A model generated the notes under the pieces. The model worked only from the letters and a program-made list of their open reading frames with translations, did not search any database and was not told the origin of the DNA. A stretch of 64,000 nucleotides of DNA from the NCBI GenBank assembly GCA_031411295.1, contig JANOAV010000202.1, positions 56,814 through 120,813 on the forward strand. The letters run 5' to 3'. The translations under genes and the position numbers were made by a program. Below are positions 58,979-64,000 of the stretch, one piece after another. This stretch comes from Verrucomicrobiales bacterium. Lineage in GTDB: Bacteria > Verrucomicrobiota > Verrucomicrobiia > Verrucomicrobiales > V1-33. Every line of letters starts with the position of its first letter. The first letter of the stretch is position 1.

Positions 58979-60025
58979 CTAGACTCGCTCCAGCTTCAGC
59001 GGATACGTCTGCCCTGACGCAAACTGCGCCACATAAAGGCTGCCGTCCTTGCCAATGGCAAGGTCATGGGGATGGAGGAAAACGTCCTCCGTGTGCTGCA
59101 TCTTTTGCAGTTTCCCCGCATCATCATATTGTGGAGCGGAGCCCGCGAGATTCGAAATAACCCGCAACTCCTGATCCAACACCGATACAAACCCCCGACT
59201 GTTTCGATCCGCTGGCCAATTGTCCGCCAGATGGGCCAGAAAGAGATTTCCCTCATGCCGGCGGATTTGACGAGGATTCCCCCCGGGCATCGGAGTTTCC
59301 GCAAGTTTTTTGCCTTTGAGGTCCAGTCGCAGCAACGACTGCTGATCGCTCATCGCAATCAGGAGCGAAGCTGCGCCCCCTTTCGGGGCATCCAACATCC
59401 CCCCGTGCGGCCCCCAGTGGGGGATGCCGCCTTCCTGCCCCCCAAAACTCTGGACGAATTTCCCCGCAACATCGTATTCCGTAATGAAATCACGCCCGTA
59501 GCCATCCAACACAAAGAACCCACCCTGCGGCAAATGCAGGGTCCAGGACGGCTTGTATTCATCTTCCTGGCGATATTTTCCAGAAGCCTCCGGCCAACCC
59601 CACTCCGCCAGCATTTCTCCACTCAGGCTCGCTTTGAATACCTTGTGCCGGTTCAGATCAGTGAAATAAAGCACTTCCTTTTCCCCTTCCTGAACGATCG
59701 ACAATCCATGGGCTCCAGGAAACTCCGTCCCCCACTTATGCAGCAGTTTCCCCGTCGCATCATAGACGATGAAATTATTCTTCACCTGATCCGTCAGCAA
59801 AATGAACTCGCCCCCGGAAGTGCAAACCATGCCGTGACAATTGTTGACCGGAGTCTCCGCCCCCAACTGCCCCCACTGGGGCACCAAACGATAGCGAAAT
59901 GCTCCTTGTCCCAGGATCGGGAACGCCTCTGCTCCTCGGGCAATAAAAGGAAAGCCCCAAGCGCCAAGAGTGATTCCGCAGAAGGCCCGGCGGGACAATT
60001 TAGGTGAAGTGACATTGCTAATCAT
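58979..60025 (-). CDS. Tat-exported NHL/6-bladed beta-propeller (peptidylglycine lyase-like)
   Basis: SRRAF Tat motif; CHG, AHGL, PHGG, HPHD His-containing blades. Confidence 0.8.
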   Translation of the reverse strand: MISNVTSPKLSRRAFCGITLGAWGFPFIARGAEAFPILGQGAFRYRLVPQWGQLGAETPVNNCHGMVCTSGGEFILLTDQVKNNFIVYDATGKLLHKWGTEFPGAHGLSIVQEGEKEVLYFTDLNRHKVFKASLSGEMLAEWGWPEASGKYRQEDEYKPSWTLHLPQGGFFVLDGYGRDFITEYDVAGKFVQSFGGQEGGIPHWGPHGGMLDAPKGGAASLLIAMSDQQSLLRLDLKGKKLAETPMPGGNPRQIRRHEGNLFLAHLADNWPADRNSRGFVSVLDQELRVISNLAGSAPQYDDAGKLQKMQHTEDVFLHPHDLAIGKDGSLYVAQFASGQTYPLKLERV

Positions 60026-60285
60026 CCTGCTTCATAGCCCAAGTCGGCGCCAAAACAAAGGGCGAATCACGTCCAATTCAAATCCTTGCGAGCCATTCCC
60101 TACCCCCGAATTCTGAGATCCCCTGAGCCTCCGGTTCAGAAATTTCCCTATGCCGATTGAGCTTGCCATTCGGCCCCGACCGTGGCAAAATCAAAGAGTA
60201 AATTGCATAATAGTCTGAAAATACTTTCCGCAGTCTGCACAAATTTCTCTTCCATCACCGCTCATTTATTAGTAAAACCACTTCT

Positions 60286-62478
60286 ATGAACAAATCTGCT
60301 CTCACCGTGTGGCTCGGCGCCCTGACCCTCAGCATTCCTGCTGTGGTCAAGGCTCAGGATACCCCCCCATCTCAAAAAATCGATGCGCTGATAGAGGCTT
60401 CTTACAAGCAGCATAACGTGAAGCCGAATGCACCCACCAACGACGAAACCTTCTGTCGTCGTATTTATCTGGACGTGATTGGCCGCATTCCCAATAAAGA
60501 AGAGTTGACCGCCTTCCTCAGCGATACCGACGCCGGCAAGCGGGCCAAACTGGTGGACAAACTGCTGGAATCTGACGGCTACGTCAGCCACACTTATAAC
60601 TGGTGGGCTGATATTCTGCGCATCCAAACCGAAGGCATGAATGGCCGCGGAGGTGAAGTGGGTCAAGCCTACTCCGCTTGGGTGAAGAACGCCATCAAGA
60701 GCAACATGCCTTATGACACCTTCGTGCGCTCCCTAGTCACAGCCAAAGGCTACGTGTGGGAAAATGGAGCCGTCGGCTACTACATCCGGGATGCCGGCAT
60801 GCCCTTGGACAATATGTCCAATACAGCGCAAATTTTCCTCGGCACCCGTGTCGTCTGCGCCCAATGCCACAACCATCCGTTCGACCACTGGAAGCAAACG
60901 GACTATTACGAAATGGCCGCCTTCACCTACGGAGTGGAAACCGAAATGGGGCCAGCAAACATTAATCCGGAAATCCCCAAGGTCATCGCAGCACAGATGA
61001 AGAAGGACTCCAAGCAAGCCAAACGCCTCGGCCGCAAGGATGACCGGGATCGGGATTTGGAAGGCTTGATCAAGGATATCATTGAGCCCCTCACCTATGG
61101 GGTTGGTGAGACCAAGAAAGAACTGAAACTGCCAGCAGACTATAAAGAAGGTCGCGAAGGATACGAAGGCAAGGCCAACGCTCCAATCGTTAAAGCGAAA
61201 GCCCTGTTCGGAGCTGATCGCATCGATAAACCCGCCCAGATGGTGAAAGTGGACGGAGACATGCGCGATGACCTCGCCAATTGGCTTTGCACGAAGGAAA
61301 ACCCCCGTTTCACGACCGTGATCGCCAATCGCCTCTGGAAGCGCGCCTTTGGGATGGGCCTGATTGAACCAGTGGACGACTTCAAGGACGACACCCTGGC
61401 CTCCAACCAACCCCTCATGAAGTATCTGCAAGAGACTTTGGTCCGGGATAAATACGATATGAAGAAGCTCATGCGTTACATTTTCAATACCAGGACCTAC
61501 CAAAGGGAATGCACCCCGGGCGACGTTTCCTTGGAAACAGCCTACTATTTTCCCGGTCCGATTCTCCGTCGCATGACTGGCGAACAAGTTTGGGACTCCG
61601 TCGTGACCTTGATGATCCCTAATCCTGATGGCCGTAAAAAAGGTAACGGATATCAAGATCGTCTGGCCAAAATGAAGGAAGCCGCCGACGAACTCAAGGC
61701 GAAATACGTGGACAACAAGCGCGACGGTGCCGAGCAGCTCGTTTCGTTGGCCATGGCCATGCGTGACGCCAGCAAATCCAAAGAAGGCATCGCCTTGGCC
61801 GCTAAAATCGCTGAGGTCCGCAAGAAGATCACTGAGGCCCGCGCTAAGAAAGACGAAAAAACCGCCCGTGAACTCCAGCCCGAGCTGACAAAGCTTACCG
61901 CCGAGGAAGCCACGTTGAAATACAAGGCCCAAGCCGAGAAGGAAAAGGAAATCGACGCCAAAATGAAGAAAGATCCCTTCGCTGGCAAACCGCTGGCCAT
62001 GGACCCCAGCAAGAAGAGCGAAGGTGGCATGAAGGATCAAGGCGGGATGATGAAAGGTGAGGACACCAGCATGGCCAGTTCCTCCGACTACATCGGGATG
62101 AACGAAATGTATTACCGCGCGTCTGAACTCACCAGCCCAGCCCCTGCCGGTCACTTCCTCCGGGAATTCGGCCAGTCCGAACGCTTAGTCATTGAGAATT
62201 CCTGGAATGACGCCTCGGTCACCCAAGCCCTTACCCTAATGAACGGGGCCATCTTCGAAGACCTCACTGGTAATAAGAGCCAACTCTACAAGACTTTGGA
62301 ATTCGCGCTGACTCCATCTGAGAAAGCCACCAAACTCTGGCTCACCGTCCTGGGTCGCAACCCCACCGAAGCGGAGAAGCAACTCGTGGCGGACGCCACC
62401 AAGGGCAAAGGCAAAGATTCCTGGAAGGACGTCTTCTGGGCCTTAATTAACGGTCGCGAGTTTATTTTCATCCAATAA
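60286..62478 (+). CDS. DUF1549/DUF1553 (PSCyt2/PSD1) domain protein
   Basis: FCRRIYLDVIGRIP, FLGTRVVCAQCHNHPFD, NRLWKRAFGMGLIEPVDD, QALTLMNG. Confidence 0.9.
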   Translation: MNKSALTVWLGALTLSIPAVVKAQDTPPSQKIDALIEASYKQHNVKPNAPTNDETFCRRIYLDVIGRIPNKEELTAFLSDTDAGKRAKLVDKLLESDGYVSHTYNWWADILRIQTEGMNGRGGEVGQAYSAWVKNAIKSNMPYDTFVRSLVTAKGYVWENGAVGYYIRDAGMPLDNMSNTAQIFLGTRVVCAQCHNHPFDHWKQTDYYEMAAFTYGVETEMGPANINPEIPKVIAAQMKKDSKQAKRLGRKDDRDRDLEGLIKDIIEPLTYGVGETKKELKLPADYKEGREGYEGKANAPIVKAKALFGADRIDKPAQMVKVDGDMRDDLANWLCTKENPRFTTVIANRLWKRAFGMGLIEPVDDFKDDTLASNQPLMKYLQETLVRDKYDMKKLMRYIFNTRTYQRECTPGDVSLETAYYFPGPILRRMTGEQVWDSVVTLMIPNPDGRKKGNGYQDRLAKMKEAADELKAKYVDNKRDGAEQLVSLAMAMRDASKSKEGIALAAKIAEVRKKITEARAKKDEKTARELQPELTKLTAEEATLKYKAQAEKEKEIDAKMKKDPFAGKPLAMDPSKKSEGGMKDQGGMMKGEDTSMASSSDYIGMNEMYYRASELTSPAPAGHFLREFGQSERLVIENSWNDASVTQALTLMNGAIFEDLTGNKSQLYKTLEFALTPSEKATKLWLTVLGRNPTEAEKQLVADATKGKGKDSWKDVFWALINGREFIFIQ

Positions 62479-62535
62479 ATCCGATTTCATTCAATTTTCG
62501 TAATTTAGCAAAACAACATAACCCAAATACCACCC

Positions 62536-63864
62536 ATGGACTCTATCCTTCACTCTGACGACCTTACCCGCCGACGTTTCATGAACTACACCAGCAAAGC
62601 GTTGCTGGGCGTGAGCGTGCTTCCGGGGATCACCCTCTCCGCTTTTGGCGCTGACGCGCAAAAGGGCAATTGGAAACCTGGTGTCGCCACCAGCTCCGAT
62701 ACTCCTACCCGCAGCGGCAAGAAACCAACGGCACGGAATGTCATTTATCTCTATATGTCCGGTGGGATGACCCACTTGGACACCTTTGACCCCAAGCCCG
62801 GCACCGATGAAGCTGGTGGCGTCAAAGCCATTCCAACCACCGTGGACGGAACCAAGGTTTCCGAATTCTTCCCATTGCTGGCTAAAGAGTGGAACAAAGT
62901 CTGTGCGGTTAACTCCCTGACCACCACGCAAGGGGCGCACGAACAAGGGAACTACTTCATGCACTCCAGCTACACCATGCGTGGCACCATCACTCACCCA
63001 GGCTTGGGTGCTTGGATGCAACGTTTGGAAGGTAAAACCAACCGCACCCTCCCAGGCAGCGTGCTCGTCGGCGGCGGTTCCGTTGGCGGTGGTGCCGGAT
63101 TCATGGAATCCAAATATGCTCCCCTGCACATCGACAGCCCAACGTCTGGAGTCAAGAACAGCCGCGCCATGGTTGGCACCTCCCAATTTGACGATCGTCT
63201 CATGCTCGCCAAGAAGTTCGACGAAGCCTTCCATGGCCGCTACGACAACAAGAAAGTGCGCGCTTACAAGGACATGTATGATGATGCCGTCCGCCTCATG
63301 CGTTCCGAAGACCTCAAAGCCTTCGATATTGGTATGGAATCCGCTGACGTTCGCGCCGAATACGGTGAAAACGGCTTCGGCCAAGGCTGTCTCCTCGCCC
63401 GCCGTCTGGTCGAGAACGACGTCCGTTATGTTGAAGTCACCCTCGGCGGCTGGGACACCCACGCTAACAACTTCACCGCGGTCGGCAACATGGCCCAGAA
63501 CCTCGACAAAGCTATCTCCACCCTGCTGCGCGATCTCGAGCGTCGTGGCTTGATCGAAGAAACTCTCGTGGTTCTCACCACCGAATTCGGCCGCACCCCG
63601 AACATCAACGACAACGATGGTCGTGACCACTTCCCGAAAGCCTTCTCTGGCCTCATCTGTGGTGGCAATGTCCGTCCGGGTTCTTACGGCAAGACCAACG
63701 CCACCGGCACCGAAGTCGTCGAAGGCAAGCTCGGCGTGCCCGACTTCAACGCCACCATCGCCTACGGTCTCGGCCTCCCGCTCGACGAAATCATCTACAG
63801 CCCAAGCAAGCGTCCATTCCAAGTCGCAGACAAGGGCCGTCCTGCCACGGAACTGTTCTCCTAA
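62536..63864 (+). CDS. DUF1501 domain protein (Tat signal)
   Basis: TRRRF; YMSGGMTHLDTFDPKP; GCLLARRLVE; GGWDTH; EFGRTP; GRDH. Confidence 0.92.
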   Translation: MDSILHSDDLTRRRFMNYTSKALLGVSVLPGITLSAFGADAQKGNWKPGVATSSDTPTRSGKKPTARNVIYLYMSGGMTHLDTFDPKPGTDEAGGVKAIPTTVDGTKVSEFFPLLAKEWNKVCAVNSLTTTQGAHEQGNYFMHSSYTMRGTITHPGLGAWMQRLEGKTNRTLPGSVLVGGGSVGGGAGFMESKYAPLHIDSPTSGVKNSRAMVGTSQFDDRLMLAKKFDEAFHGRYDNKKVRAYKDMYDDAVRLMRSEDLKAFDIGMESADVRAEYGENGFGQGCLLARRLVENDVRYVEVTLGGWDTHANNFTAVGNMAQNLDKAISTLLRDLERRGLIEETLVVLTTEFGRTPNINDNDGRDHFPKAFSGLICGGNVRPGSYGKTNATGTEVVEGKLGVPDFNATIAYGLGLPLDEIIYSPSKRPFQVADKGRPATELFS

Positions 63865-64000
63865 GAACCTGTCCGGTAATTTTGAAAAAGGGCCATAATG
63901 GGGTAGGGTAAGGAATGAGAAAAAGCTACCCGACAGATGTGAGTGACAAGGAATGGGCGTTACTGGAGCCACTATTTTGCCCACCAGGGGCGGCCCGCAA
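63865..64000 (+). mobile_element. Left end of an IS5-family element; transposase starts at 63915 (3'-partial)
   Basis: GAACCTGT end after TAA; MRKSYPTDVSDKEWALLEPLF matches the YPSDLTDxEW start of IS5 transposases. Confidence 0.8.

Noticed and set aside
60733..63984. Long antisense ORFs (473 and 497 aa) and similar shadows elsewhere
   Set aside because: Mirror frames of strongly codon-biased real genes with no motifs of their own

Overview
Bacterial chromosome segment, most consistent with Verrucomicrobiota (PVC superphylum). This is inferred from gene content: a DUF1549/DUF1553-DUF1501 pair, PVC-type ECF sigma factor, FTLxE pilins, RCC1/He_PIG surface protein and stand-alone RAYT. Housekeeping genes (tamB/tamA-like, proB, rbfA, rpoD, dnaG, rlmN, adk-like, fmt, PNP, tRNA-Cys, tRNA-Lys) are interleaved with accessory loci. 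These are a four-pilin plus GspE/PilB ATPase operon, a 1830-aa RCC1/Ig surface protein, an AT-richer scrap island of glycosylation-gene fragments (about 48.1-51.1 kb), an ECF-FHA pair, a multidomain SASA esterase, a complete IS1380 with a 5-bp target duplication and the start of an IS5 element. The best candidate for an undescribed system is the 12.4-kb two-gene locus at 35.1-47.5 kb. It encodes three paralogous membrane-anchored modules of about 1200-1500 aa, two of them fused through an internal signal-peptide-like linker. Each module carries a different payload at the same insertion site, one being a whole Wzc/GumC-like periplasmic domain. Several distinct GTGG-initiated REP-like palindromes also occur, and one pair splits a glycosyltransferase gene. 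All calls come from reading motifs by eye; no database search was run.
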